Of a stretch of 64,000 bases of DNA, positions 23,501-38,500 are shown in pieces (the stretch's first letter is position 1; the number at the start of each line of letters is the position of its first letter). This DNA is from Phoronis australis. Taxonomy: Eukaryota > Animalia > Phoronida. The DNA lies in assembly GCA_002633005.1 (NCBI GenBank), contig NMRA01000638.1:135965-199964 (forward strand). Direction: 5' to 3'. A program made the position numbers and the translations under genes. Below the pieces are notes generated by a model. The model was given only the letters and a program-made list of their open reading frames with translations. It did no database searches and was not told the DNA's origin.

Positions 23501-26500
23501 ACATCAGATGTCACTATTCCTGATCTGACCAATCAGACGTTGTAGAAAAAATAAACTCTGATCACGAAGTGAGCAGACGACATCAGAAGATCAAAGCAAG
23601 TGATAACAAGCTAATCGAACAAGTGACGACAAAATCAGAGGAACAAAGCATCAGTGGTCAGGTAATAAAAGAAACAGAATGATCCCTTAGGTGTATCAGG
23701 TCACATAGACTTTGGGAGAATAATGTTGCCCTCAGTTAAATATTGGTCTCCCTGTGTCCATATGACCTAATGTCACCCTTGGGATCTGTCCGTATTTGCA
23801 TAATGACACTTATTACCTAATTGTGCCAACATACCCTCTGTCTTCTGTGCCTCAGATAGATCCCTGAAGATCTGATTACAGTGTTTCAGCTCATCCTGAA
23901 GCTTACTTATCCCGACACTACCACCAACACCGCCACCATCCACACCATCTGCCAACAGGTTCTGCGCATCCTCATTGAGAGCACGCAGTATGGCACTGCG
24001 TTGCACCGGTGCTAATGCCTGAAACTGTCTCAGGTCCCAGCCCTTGACCACATTGATGGTGGAGATGACCAGTCGTTGTTTCACCTGTCGTTGTTTGGAC
24101 TGCCAGAGACTATCCAGATGAACCATCTGCAGCTTAAGTCTAGAACAGAAACAATGTTAATAAGTAGGATACTCCCTCAAGAACTGGATTGTCAATTCAG
24201 ATACAGTGAATTACGATTTTATAAAATGTTAACAGACAGGCTTTATTGATGAAAAATTTGTCAAAGAAGAAACTTGATGACGCCACTAGTCAAATTTTAA
24301 CGAGTTATTGCCACCAAGATCAGACGGACCCGTTTCTCGAAGAGCCTATTGGCTTTTGTCTTTTGACAAGCCCAAAGTCAAACCAAAAATAATTGATTTT
24401 TGTCCTTTGCGATTCTTGAAACATTTCATCTTGTGTTTATTTGGGCAGCCTATGGATTTCTGTCTTTTGACTTCAAGTAGTACTTTCAGCCATTGCTCAG
24501 CAGGCTAAGCAATCTGTAGACTAATTTTGAACCATAAGTCAATAAACTCTTTGAGAAACAGGCCATGGATCTTAAAATCAAACAGAGAACAAGAGCAACG
24601 CTGAGTGTTAAATGTGCCCACGAATGTCCCTCAAACAGTGTGTTTCTAGGGGTTTTTATTTGGGACATAAGAATGGCCACTTGATGACGCAAAAAAATCG
24701 AATCCATCAAGAAATTGGTATGTGTCATCAGAGCTATTTACCAAATTTCATAGAAATCCGTCAAGGAACCTCTGAGAAACCGAGGAAAATGAAAAAATGA
24801 AATTGCAACTAGAAGGCTATAGGCGCAAAAAACAACATAACTGCCACTAAGAGGAGCCACAGTAGACGAATTCGTAGGAAAATCATCGTCAGACTTCCTC
24901 TTCATGTTAGACAAGAGCAACGCAGAGCGTTGAAATGCGCCCAAGAATGAGTTGCAAATGGTATGCTTTTAGGGTTATTTATTTATATCACAAAAAAGGA
25001 CACTAGATGGCGCAAAAACATACAATCCATCCAAAAACAGGAACATGCCATAATTCCTAAAAATCTGTCAAGGAAGTTCAGAGAAACAAAGGAAAACAGA
25101 ATAAAATGAAATTGCCACTAGTGGGCACAGTGTCCGTTGGATCCACCTGAAAGTCATCGTCGTCCTCTGTTGTTATCTTCATATAAATACACTTACTAAA
25201 TTTAGTAAAGATCCTGCAGTAGGTTTAGAAGAGACAACTATGGGCGCAAAACAAAACTACCACTAGGAGGCGCCACAGTAGTCAGTCACCATCATCAAAG
25301 GTCGTATTCACACTGAGAACATATATGCCAATTTTCAAATGATTTGGTTGATACAGGGGTGGACACCAAAAGCAAGATTTGACAACGGCAAAAAATGGCC
25401 ACTAGGTGGTGCAAAATATCTCGATTCCATCCAAAAACAGGAAGATAGTGTCATCACACCAATAGATGCCTATATATAAAATTTTATGAAAATCTGTTGC
25501 GGACCTTTGAAGATACTGAGTTAAACATAAAAAACTAAAATTGCCACTAGGGGGCACAGCAGTAGTCAGATCTGTTCGAAAGTTGTCGTCATCCGTAGTC
25601 AACATCATGTAAATACACTTGCTAAATTAAGTACAGATCCTGCGAATGGTTTAGGAGAAACAGGCATAGGCGCAACAAAAACAAAACTGCCACTAGGAGG
25701 CACAGTAAAAATGGCCACTAGGTGGCGCAAACTACATCGAAACCATCCGAAAATGGGAGGATAGCGTCACCTCACTAATAGGTGCGTATATATTATATTT
25801 CATGAAAATCCGATAAGGACTTTTGAAGATACAAAAGGTAAACGTAAAAAAATAAAATTGCCACTAGGGGGCACCACAGTTGTCAAGGCCATCAGAAAAT
25901 CATCGTCAGCCCGTCTCTTCACATTAGAAAAATACACACTAATTTCCACAATCATCCGTAGAGTGATTAGGTTGAGAGAGCCAAAAAACAGACTTGAAAA
26001 CAGTAAAAATGGCCATTAGGTGGTGCAAAACGCCTCAAATTCAACCGAAAACCAGAAGGTAGCGTCATCTCACTAATAGATGCCTAACTGCCAAATTTTA
26101 TGAAAATTCATTGACGATCTTTGAAGATACAGAAGTAACTGCAAAAAACTAAAATTGCCACTAGGGAATACACCAGTAGTCCGATCAGTTCGAAAGTCGT
26201 CTTATGTTGTCAACTTCACATAAATACACCAGCACATTCAATAAATATCCTGTAGAGCGTTCAAGAGGTACAGCCATGGGCGCGAAAATAACAAAACTAC
26301 CATTAGGACACGCCACAGTAGTCAAAAGTCGTCGGAAAATCATTGTCAGCTGCCCTCTTCACAATACGAACATATATGCCAATTTTCAAAATCATCCTTA
26401 GAGCGATTTTGGTTGATAGAAGGGCGGACGCCAAAAACAGACTTGAAAACAGTAAAAATGGCCAATAGGTGGCGCAAAGTACCTCGAAACCGTCCGAAAA

Positions 26501-29500
26501 CAGGAGGATGGCATCATCTCACTAATAGATGCCTAACTGCCAAATTTTATGAAAATCCGTTGAGGACCTCCGAAGATACAGAGGTAAGTGTAAAAAAATA
26601 AAGTTGCCACTAGGGGACACAATGATAGTCGGAGAGGTCCGAAATACGCCGTCATCCGTCATCAGCTTCATAGGAACACATCTGCCAAATCTCATCCAGA
26701 TCCTGTGAGGGTTTTGGAGATACAGCTGCGGATGCCCAGACAGATGATGGCAATATGCGACCACGTATAAATATGTGGGCGCATAAAAAGGTCATCAAGA
26801 TGGCGATATTCAGCTTCCTGCTGAAAATGGACAGTAACAACACTGCATTATTTATTTTGCCACAGGCTGGTATTTTATGGTTTATAACAGCTATAAATAA
26901 AATGAAGCGATTTGAAGAAAAAGAGGACAAATGACTGGGAAGCACTGAAAAGACATGATGACTTGCCACATTATCTTTAAGAATCATAAGTTCCGTCCAC
27001 ACACAGCCTACCCTAGAACAACTTGCACTGGTGCAACTTGCCTCACCTTTAAAAGGAGCATCCACAAACACACACATCTGATAACTAAGGTAAGGCAGGA
27101 GTTGTCACTTTGTGCGGGACAATGAACAATTACTGCGAGTGCGGCGCATAAAAGAAAACCTGTCCGCATATAACCGCAGTTGACAATTACTTCCACCTTG
27201 CCCCATGTTTGCGGCCACACAGGGATTAGAATTGGTGCAAGATACCCTAGAACAAGTTACCCCACCTTGATATGGTGGAATAAGTTGCCACACGAGGGGT
27301 AAGTTGCACTAGTTTAAATAGCGTGCACACAGCCACCAAACCTAACAACAATTCGTTCTAGAGTACGTTTATGTGAGGACGACACTAAAAAGTGGGATAG
27401 AATCATACCTTAGTTGGGATGTACCGTGGTACACATTTGAATCATGCTCCAAACAATCTTGAACCACATTATGAGCAATATTAATGGCATGGAACACAAT
27501 TGCACCCTTAGATATCAGCTATACAGAACTGGTTGAACGCATGACACTTTTCATTGTTCACAGTCTTTATTCCATTACGTTCATACCTTTGGAACAAAAC
27601 TCTACTCTCAACTAAACATAGATAAAGTTACTGACCTAGCGACATAATTAAAATACACACGATATTTCGAAACATACTTGTTTCATTCTCAAGTGAACAT
27701 AAAATGATGCAGTAATGCCACCACAGACCATAAGCACAGTGGGACACAGCGGGTGTGAAATACTGCAAAGAATGACTAATGAAGGGGGGTAACAGGAAAG
27801 TCACGCAAACAAGTGTAACGTGCGGCGCGACCCTGTTTGCTGCTCATTCAAAACAGGCTTCTCAAAAGCAAAGTATTTGAGTCCCTTTTAATTGCTTTTG
27901 CTTAAGCTAGGATTCATCAAATTTACGCTCTGTGAGGTTTCTGTAACCTATGACAGACTTTACAAAATGGTGGTGCATTGCTATCAAACTTTGTTGTTAT
28001 ATCACGATCATTTTTCAGAAAATTGTTCTGAAATCCCAGGGCGAAAACTCGCCGACTGATGCGTTGCTACCTCGCAATTGTCGATAGGGCAACTTGAATC
28101 CTTGAATAAAAATATAGTTTCAACTCAACAAATTACCTCAAGTCCTCTGCAAGTTTTCCAAATAGCGTCCTCAAGATTTTTAAGTTTTTGTGGAGTCAGG
28201 ATTAACTGCACATAAGTCCAAACTGCACTAGATCGTCCCCCGCAACACCAGAAAATTTCTGCACGAACACACGTTGTTGTCATGTGATGTTTGATTTGGA
28301 GTTTGTCTGCATGTGTGTGAGTGAGAGAGGACGTGAATGTCATCAGAGTTTATTTGCCAGAGTAAAGGCAGTGTAACGATCTGGGTGTGCATTGTAACTA
28401 AAGAAATTAACACAAGCAGTAAATCAGAATGCGTTTTATTCGGCACTTGTTGATCTCATCTGCGAGAATTGCGTCGGTGAGTCACCGGGTGACTGGATGT
28501 GTGACAGTCTAACAGTTATTTTCCGAGAGATTTGGGGGGTGTAAAGGTGCGGACGTGCTGACCATCAGTGAGTTATTTTGACTTTAAAAACACCAATTAT
28601 GATTAATTAAATAATTCCTCTTGAAAATAACGCAAACGTTTTTACAGTATTAGAAACTTAAGGAAATTAGTGCCAATATTATGCTACCCGTGCCATGAAT
28701 GGATAGTTCCCGATGACTTATGTTTTCGATGACAGGTATGTAGTGCATGCTTCCTCGCCATGTGCTTTTATCATCGGTTAAGTTTTAATTAAGACTTCGA
28801 TTCACAGTTTTCCCTTGTACAAAGTAATTTTGATTCGTGTTGGGGGAAAAGATATAATACAATCCCTTTGACAAGTACGCTGCATCTGTTCTGATCAAGG
28901 CAAGACATTCCTCGCAACATCAGCAAAACATGCATTCTTTTTGAAGCGCGGCGGAAGTTTGAAGTGTATAGTCATGGCTAAATACCAAAATAGCGGCGAC
29001 GCTCGTGGTCTACAAATTCCGAGCACATTTTTTCAGAACTGTTGGATCTTATTGATAAATTGAAGATCTTACAGTAGAATTTTAGAAATGTAGGTAAGGC
29101 ATTTTCCGCATTTACACGGCATTCATGGACTGGGCACTTATTTTAGCAAAGTCAGGAAACGCGTGGGGGGCACTTATAAGGGCATGGGCGCTTATTAGCG
29201 CGAATATGGCAAGAGTATAACTAAAACCTGCAATGTGTGTGGTCAGATTCTACGAAAATCAATCTAGAACTATTTACAAACTATGTAAGCATGATCTCAA
29301 ATGAAATTCAATAATTGAACAATGTTTCTTGGATGTATAACGAAATAATTAGAAAACATTGGTGTAATATGCTTCTCTAAGTATTCTTACTTTAAAAACT
29401 CAACATCTCAGGATATCAGGCGCTACTTACTTTTTTACCAGCTCTATAGCCTCTTGGTTAGGTGGTGGTACAAGAAAACACACAGCTGGTGCCACACCCT

Positions 29501-32500
29501 GCTGGCCAGATGGACTGCGCACCTTCCACTTGATGAGTTGACTGGTGTCCAGTAGGAGACATGTGTCATTCTTGGCTATACTAAACTATTAAAGAAAAAA
29601 GGACATGTGTCATTCTTGGCTATATTAAACTATTAACAAGAGCAACGGGGAGCGTTGAAATGCGCCCATGAATGCAGTGCAAACGGGGTGCTTCTAGGGT
29701 TGTTTATATGTATCAAAACATGGCCACTAGATGGCGCAAAAATGTCCAATCTATCCGAAAACGGGTACATGCCATCGCTTCTTTAATAGAAAGTTATTTA
29801 AAAAATTTCATAAAAATCTATCAAGGAATTTGAGAGAAACAAAAGAAAACGGAAAAAAAATAAATTGCCACTGGGCAGCACAGCGTTTATTGGATCCACC
29901 TAAAAGTTGTCGTTGTCGTGTTGCTGGCTTCATATAAATTCACTTACCAAATTTAATAAAGATCCTGCAAAGGGTTTAGGAGATACAGCTATGGGTGCTA
30001 CACAAAACAAAACTACCACTAAGAGGCGCCACTGTAGTCGAAGTAGTCATCGTCAACCGTCCTCTTCACACTGAGAAAATATATGCCAATTTTCAAAATC
30101 ATCCTTAAAATGGTTTGGTTGATAGAGGGTGGACACAAAAACAGCAAAAATGGCCATTAGGTGGCGCAAAATACATTGATTCCATCCAAAAACAGAAGCA
30201 TGGTGTCATCTCACTAATAGATGCCTATATTCCAAATTTTATGAAAATCAGTTAAGGACCTTTGAAGATACATAAGTAAATGAAAAAACTAAAATTGCTA
30301 CTAGAGGGCACACCGGTATTCAGCCCCGTCTGAAAGTAGTGGTCGTCTGTTGTCCACATCATGTAAATACACTTGCTGAATTTAGTAAAGATCCTGCAAA
30401 CGGTTTAAGAGATACAGTCATGAGCGCAAAAAAAGCTGCCACTAGGAGGTGCAACAGTAGTTGAAGTAGTCGGAAAATCATCACGAGCCGTACTCTTCAT
30501 ATTAAGAACATAAATACCAATTTCCACAATTGTGTTTAGAGCAGTTTGGTTGACAGCGGGGTGTATGCCAAAAGACTTGAAAACAGTAAATATGGCCAGT
30601 AGATGGCACAAACTACATCAAATCCATCCAAAAACGGAAAGATAGCGTTATCTCCCTAACAGATGCCTTACTGCCAAATTTTATGAAAATCCATTGAGGA
30701 CCTTAGTAGATACAGAGGTAAACGTAAAAAACTGAAATTGCCACTAGGTGGCACATCAGCAGTCCGATCCATCCAAAATTTGTCGTTGTCCATTGTTGAT
30801 ATCATATAAATACACTTGCTAAATTTAATAAAAAAGCTGCAAACGGTTTAGGAGATACAGCCATGGGCGCAAAAAATTAAAACTGCCACTAGGAGGCGCA
30901 ACAGTACTCAAAGTCGTCAGAAAACCATGGTTGATAGAGAGGTGGACGCAAAAAACAGGTTCAAAAACAGTGAAAATGACCACTAGGTGGCGCAAACTAT
31001 GTCGCATCCATCCGAAAACGGGAGGATAGCGTCATTTCACCGATAGATGCCTATATGCCAAATTTTATGAAATACAGTCAGGACCTTTGGAGATACAGAG
31101 GTAAGCATAAAAAATAAAATTGTCACTAGGGGGCACACCGGTAACCATATCTGTCCAAACGTATGCTGATGCCGTCACATCAATGAAAAGAACACATCTG
31201 CAAAATTTCATGAACATACGTCAAAGGGTTTTGGAAATAGAGCAGCAGACACCAGATGGACGCCAGACGGAGATGACTGCATAATGCGTCCACATATAAA
31301 TACATGGGCGCATAAAAAAGAGACATGTGAAGGAAAAGGAAACATATGAGTCCTATAAGAAAATTTGAAAGAGATGTGCCATTCTTGGATAAGCTACAAG
31401 AGCAACATGGACCAAAGAAATGTGCCATTACAGCACCACAAATGGTGAGCTTCAATGGCCTTTAGATATGATTAGACATGTCAAACCTCTATGAAATTGG
31501 GAAGGTGTCACCGTCTCTCTTATACAAATTTCATGAAAATAAGTCAGGGAACTCCAAAGATACAGAGGCAAACGTAAAAAAATTAAAATTGAAATTAGGG
31601 GGCAATTCTTTAGTCCCATTGGTCTAAAACTCATCAACTCTTGTTGCCATCTCCATAGCAGCAGTAACTACAAGGTGGCATTAAATATGGCAAATCCATC
31701 CAAAAATTGAACGGCATCGCCGTCTCCTAACTAAAAACCACAGAAGCAAATGTAAAAAGCGAAAATTCCCATTAATGTGCACAGTGGGAGTCGGATAAGT
31801 CTGAAATTCTTTGTCATCTTTCATCAGCTTCATAGGAATACACCTACCAAATTTCAATAACCTTCTGCAAGGATTAAGCAGATACAGCAGTGGATGCCTG
31901 ATGCCCAGACAGAGAAGATGACAATATGCACCCACATATTCATAACAACGAAAGGGAAATAATAGGTCATTTTTAGCCACGCAATGGGAACTAGGCGTGT
32001 CATTCTTTTCTATAACAGTCTAACCAGGAAGCGACTTGTCCATCACACCAACACTTGAAGTAAACAGACAGTTATAGCCAGTGAAAGTTGAAAGCTGAAC
32101 AAAAAGACGATTTGCAAGCTTGAAACTGTCGATAACAAAAATCGATAAAACCAGACATTGAATATAGTGAGACTATGAAATACATGAACTAAAGTCAATA
32201 ATTTAACTAATGAACTAGCCACATTTAAGGATATTAAAATGAAAATACAGACTAAAAATGATTTCACCAATTAAGTTGCACAAACTGTATACGAGTCCAA
32301 AATGCTGAAATGAGCCAAAGTTATTGAACTGGAGAATAACCACCCAGTGATGAAATGTGACCTTGAAAACTGCTTTTCGTGACTTACATTCATCTGTTTA
32401 TAGGCGCACAGCGACTTGACTTCTGCATGACCCGATATTGGTTGCCCTCTTTTCTTCAGTGGAATAATCTCAGTGCTTTTTGCCGAGAGTTGGTCGATTA

Positions 32501-35500
32501 TCGCCTCATGTTTTCTCATCTCTTCTCCAATTTGCTGAATCTCCCGCACCAGGCGATCATTCTCCTCCAATGAGACATCAGGATGGCTGAACCGCGTGTT
32601 GAGTTCTTGAACTTTTACCAAAATCCAGTCCTCAGTTTTTCTGGCGTCCTCGAAAAACTAAACAACACAAAAGAAAAATGTATGTTGCTAGTTGCAAGCT
32701 TTAGACAATTCGAAAGAACTTCCCTTGACAAAATATGTATATCTGGCATCATATTTTTAGAATCCCTTTAACAACGTTGACAAAGCCTGCTTTGAAGCCA
32801 ACACATCAGCCCTAAATTTTCGACAGTTAAAATGACAATCAGAGCAACTCGGGCCATCACAGTAAACACTAGCGCAATCAGCAAGATGACTTATCAAACA
32901 TGATATCCTTACAACCAAGACACCCAGTTCCACCACTCCAACACACTTGCTTACCTGATTATGCTCCCTGGTGTGCTTGAGATGTGTCTCCAGGCACATC
33001 ATTAGCTGTAACAGCCACGCCCACTGAGTCTGCATAGTAGTCATAAATGCCTGAAAGACATGTGAACGTAATGTAAAAAAATGTTAGTCACCAACGAATA
33101 AGGAGATAAAAAGTAAAAGTAAAACGACGAGCTTACTAAGATATATTAATATGTTCCTCACGTTTTGGTAGGCTCTTTATCAAGGGCATGAGACAGACTG
33201 CTGAATAGATAGATATATATAAAGTAAAACAGGTGACCACACGGTGGTACACAATAGGCAGTAGGAACAATATCGGTGTCGACAACTAACAGTGGTGTAT
33301 GCATGATGAGAGGAAGGGTCTAAATAGAAATGGGTACATAACTACTGCAGTCTATTCATTGCAGACTTGTAGTGAGATAGAATATGTACGTCCGGGCCCG
33401 TCCCAGTTTAAACCGCAGCCGTGGGTAATGAATCTGGCAATGAACTTGGCCTCTCACTTTCTCCGTAAGTGGATGTCCAGCAGCACGTCTTCAGCTACCA
33501 GTACATTTAGGTCACTGATAGTGTGTCCCGGGAGATTGAAATGATCTCCAATGGGACTGCAATGTTGTTGTGCAGGATTGTCTGGCTATGGGCATTAATT
33601 CTCGTGCGTAACGGGTTACAAGTCTTCCCAAAATACTAAGCGTGCAGAGATTTAACACACATAATCAGATATACAATATCCACACTCACTCGAGCATGAG
33701 AACCTGTCCCCGATTCCAAATGAGACACCATCACAACTAATGACAGACTCCCCTGATATATGAGTACATCTCAGGCACCTGGGTTTTTAACACCTAAAAG
33801 AGCCCACCTAGTGGCGATCTATGTTAGTGAACCTGCTTCTAACAACCACATTCCTCAGATTGGGAGGTTGTCCAAAGACCAGACAGGGCCTCTGGGGGAA
33901 ATCTCAGTCAAGTACTCGTCGTTTAACAACGGACTGAGTTCATCAAAAATCATGTTCAGAGTTCTATTCACACCAGGATGCAAACTAGTAACAAAGGGAA
34001 TGAACATGTTCTTATTTCGCTTATTCACCTGGTCCTTGGGGATCAGGAGTTCCTCTCTAGAGATAGATTGTACCTTGGACAGAGTGTCATGCATCAAACG
34101 TGGTTCATAACCCCTAATAGCGAGCCTAGTGGACAATTGTCAAATTTCTCTACAGAAATCGTCATCGTCGGTACATTTGCGGTGACCGCGAATACCCTGA
34201 CTGGAAATAATAGGCCACTTACCGTATTCACCGTAATAACCGCCCATGCCCCTATAAGCGCCCCCCCCCACGCGTTTTCAGACTCTGCTAAAATCAGCAC
34301 CCAGTCCATGAACGTGTATGTGTGAAAAATGCCTTACCTACAGTCCTAAAATTCTACAGTAACGTCTCCAATTTATCAATAATATCCAACAGTCCTGAAA
34401 AAAATCATTGTGCGCAGAATTTGTAGATCACGAGCTTCGCCGCTATGTAGGTATTTAGCTGTGACTATACACTTCAAACTTCCGCCATGCCTCAAAACGA
34501 ACACAAAAGTTCTGCTGATCTTGTGAGGACCAATGGTCTGGCCTTTCAGAACAGAAGTACTGTACTTATCTACGGGATTACTTTGTAGATATCTCCCGGT
34601 TTCAACAGGAATCCAAATTTCTTTGTAGACATACACATGAAAACCACGAATCGAAGACTAATAAAAAGCTTGGCCAGTGTTAAAAGCATGGGGCCAGGAA
34701 GCGCACCTGTCATCAAAGGCATTAGTTGGGAACTATCCATTCATGAAACGGGTAGCATAGCACCGGTAAGAAGTGAATATTGGCGCTAATTGCCGACAGT
34801 TTCTCATACTATAAAAAATGTTTGCATTATTTTTAACATGAATAGTTTGATTAACCATAATTGGTGTTTTTAAGCCAAATATCTCATAAAATGACCACTG
34901 ACAGTAAATGCTTAGACACCCTTAAACTGAAAAATAACTGTCAGATAGTCAAGTATCCATCCAGCCACACGGCGACTAATATGGCCTTACCGAGACAAAT
35001 GTCGAACGTTTTTAGGACACGAAACTGGCAAGTGCTGAATGAAACATGCTCTGGTTTAGGCCTACTGCTTATGCAAATGTCTTTAGATACAATGCACATC
35101 TAGCTCGTGTGTGGCTCTGCTCTGGCAAATGAACTCTGGTAACACGCACGTGCTCACTTACTCACAAGCGCAGACAACTTCAAAACAAAGGTCACGTGAC
35201 AACAACATGTGTGTTCGTCCAGACATTTTTCTCATGTTGCCGATCATACATGTAGATGGCACGATATAGCACAGATTTGTACTTAAACCTGTCATGATCC
35301 CGACTCCACGGGAACTTAAAAGTCTTAGGGACGCTACTTGGAAAACTTAAGGAGGATTTTAGGTAATTTGCTTGAGTTGAAACTGTATTTTTATTCAAGC
35401 ATTTAAGTCGCCATATCAACGATTGCGAGGCAGGCAGTCGGCAAGTTTTAGCCCCGGGATTTCAGCACAATTTTCTGTAAAATGATCGTAATTTAGCAGC

Positions 35501-38500
35501 AAAGTTTGATAGCAATGCACCACGATTTTGTAGAAAGTCTTTCATAGATTACACACACTTCAGAGAGCGTAAGTATGATGAATCTTAGATTCCGATTTCA
35601 CCCCTTTCGGAGACCGGGTTTCAAAGGCCTTGGGCTACAACAAGCGCCCCCCCTGAAAGAGACTTTTCTAAGTGCCCTGGGCGGTTATTACGGCGAATAC
35701 GGTAATATGAGGAGATGGAAACTCCCCTCATGCAACAACGTATTCCTGAAGTTGGTATGTGATAGATACACTTCGGTATTATTTTTTTGCCATATGAAGT
35801 CACAACCTTATCCAGAAAATTGATACTGTCATAGGATGGCAATAAATCTAACTTAAAATTAGCATGAGCACACTTAAGTGCCTCATGGAACTCTGTAAGT
35901 GATTCTTCGACATGTGGCCATATCATAAAGACATCATCAACACATCTGACATAAAGTGATGGACTCAAAGGGTGGTAACTTTAAAACCGTTCCTTCAAGT
36001 CTGCCAGAAGCGGTACGGGGTATAGTGGTGCAAGTTTATTGCCATGTCCGTACTCACGCTTTGGAGAAAGATTTCTGAGTTAAACTCATGTGTGAGGATG
36101 AAAACCAGGATCTTATGAAGGTCAACCCTTGAAATCAGATGTTCATTGGTAAGGTAAAATTCCCGATTTGGTTGATGGAGGGGCAGATGCCAAAACAGAC
36201 TAGAAAACGGTAAAAATGGCCACTAGATGGAACATACTGTTTCAATAGAAAGCTATTTACCAAACTTCATAAAAGTCCGTCAAGCAACTTCAGAGAAATA
36301 GAGGAAAACGGCAAAAAAAAAGGAAATTGCCACTAAGAGACACAGTGTTTGTCGCATCCGTCTGAAAGTTGTCACTGTTCGTTGTCAATTTCATATAAAT
36401 ACACCAGGTAAATTTAATAAAGATCCTGCAGAAGGCTTAGAAGATACAGCCATGGGCATAAAAAAAAACAACACAAAACTGCCACTAGGAGTGCCACAGC
36501 AGTCAAGGTCGTCGGAAAATCATAGTCATCCGTCCTCTTCACATTAGGAACATACATGCCAATTTCCACAATCATCCTTAGAGTGATTTGGTTGACAGAG
36601 GGGAAGATGCCAAAAACAGACTCGGTGAATATGGCCACTAGGAGGTGCAAAATACCTCAAATCAATCCGAAAACATGAGGAATGCATCACCTCCCCAATA
36701 GATGCCTATCCGCCAAATTTTATGAAAATCTGTACGTAGAGGACCTTTGAAGATAAGAGGTAAACGCAAAAAATAAAATTGCCGCTAGGGGGCACACCGG
36801 TAGTCATGTCTGTCTGAAAGTCATTGTCTGCGGTCAACTTAATGGCAATACACTTGCTAAACTTAATAAAGATCCTGTAGAGCGTTTAAGAGATACAGCC
36901 ATGGGTGCAAAAACACACAAAACTGCCGCTAGGAGGCGCCACAGTAGTCGAAGTTGTCAGAAAATCATTGTCAGCCACTTTCTTCATAGTAAAAACATGT
37001 ATACTAATTTTCACAATCATCCCAAGAGTGCTTTGGTTGATTCAGCGGAGAAAACAATAAAAGTAGCCACTACGTGGTACAAATTACCTCGAATCTAACC
37101 AAAAACAGGATAGCGTCACCTCACTATTTGGCAGTCTATGTCATGCCCTTGATAAAGAGCGTACTGCTTCAAATGTGGGAACAGTACTTTACCTGAACAA
37201 TAGAGTGTTGGGAGCTTTAATTGGAGACCATACAAACATGACTTGCACCAAGGGATAATAATGATCAAGTGACTTGACTTAGCAGTATGTCAGGAACAGA
37301 TGCCATTATAAACATCAAAAAACATGCATTGCACTTCTGGAGTTTTTACACAGAGTCTACCACCAGGTATTCCTGTGTCCTCACCTCTATCGTTCTTGAG
37401 GCCGGATGTCTCTCCATTACCAGAGCCTCTCCCTGGTCCTGTACGGTGTTAAACTGCGTCTCTCGCGACTCCATGTCAGACATAAGGCTCTGAAGTAAAG
37501 GGAGGACTTGATCAATACTAAACAGAACAGGTTAGGCCAAAACCATCATTTGAAAATCAAGTCAGACACACTGTATCACTGAATCAAGGAAAAATGATGT
37601 GTTTCTTACTCATCGCTTGGCAAACCATGGCATTTCAAACCTAGTTTACGTGCTTTTCTTCAGCTTTTCAAAATAAAAAGCACAAAATTGTAATAAAATT
37701 TTATGTGGGGAGGACGTATAGCACTCAAGCTGGATAGGGGTAAAGAACAGAACCAACTTTGGTTTTGGCTGGCCTTATCAGAAGCAATGATGAAGACTGC
37801 ATACAGTAAAATCTCACCATATTCGGACAAAAATAATTGCCAAAAATGCCTTTTCCATTTGTCAAGGGCTTCTAACCTTGTTGTGAATACCCACAAATTT
37901 TCAAAACTTTGTTTGGTGATAGTTCTGGTACAAAACCTGAACATGGAAAATCATTCAATTTGGTGTTACTGACATATTGTTCTTGAAAAAATTACGAAAC
38001 AAAATTTCGCATCTCAGCCATATGAAGTCCTAAATTGGTGAGATTTTACTGTACACAAGCACAGAGACACTTACTAGAGGGTGTCCGAGATCCTGGAGAA
38101 AAATGGGAACAAAATCATAACAAAGAAAAGACAATTGCCTTACAGTATTCTCAAAAGATCTCAACTTGTAAAACAAGTTTATCAAAAATGCCTTTCAACA
38201 GACTACACACTTCAGGTAGTACACGTTACATTAATGTAAAATATATATATAGGTAAATAAAACAACAATAATGGACCAATAGTTGATCCGTTATTGTTTT
38301 TTTATTTACCTACATGTACATATACTGTATTATACATTTCGTCAAACAATAGTATCCTTTAGAGGATCTGGATTGCCTCTTTTAGTTTCAGATTTATTAT
38401 GTTATAAATGTAAAGGTATACTAAAACAAACTTTTCAAAAAACAAGGCAGCACGGCTAGATCCAAGTATTATATGACGGGTATACATAGAAATGGTATTG

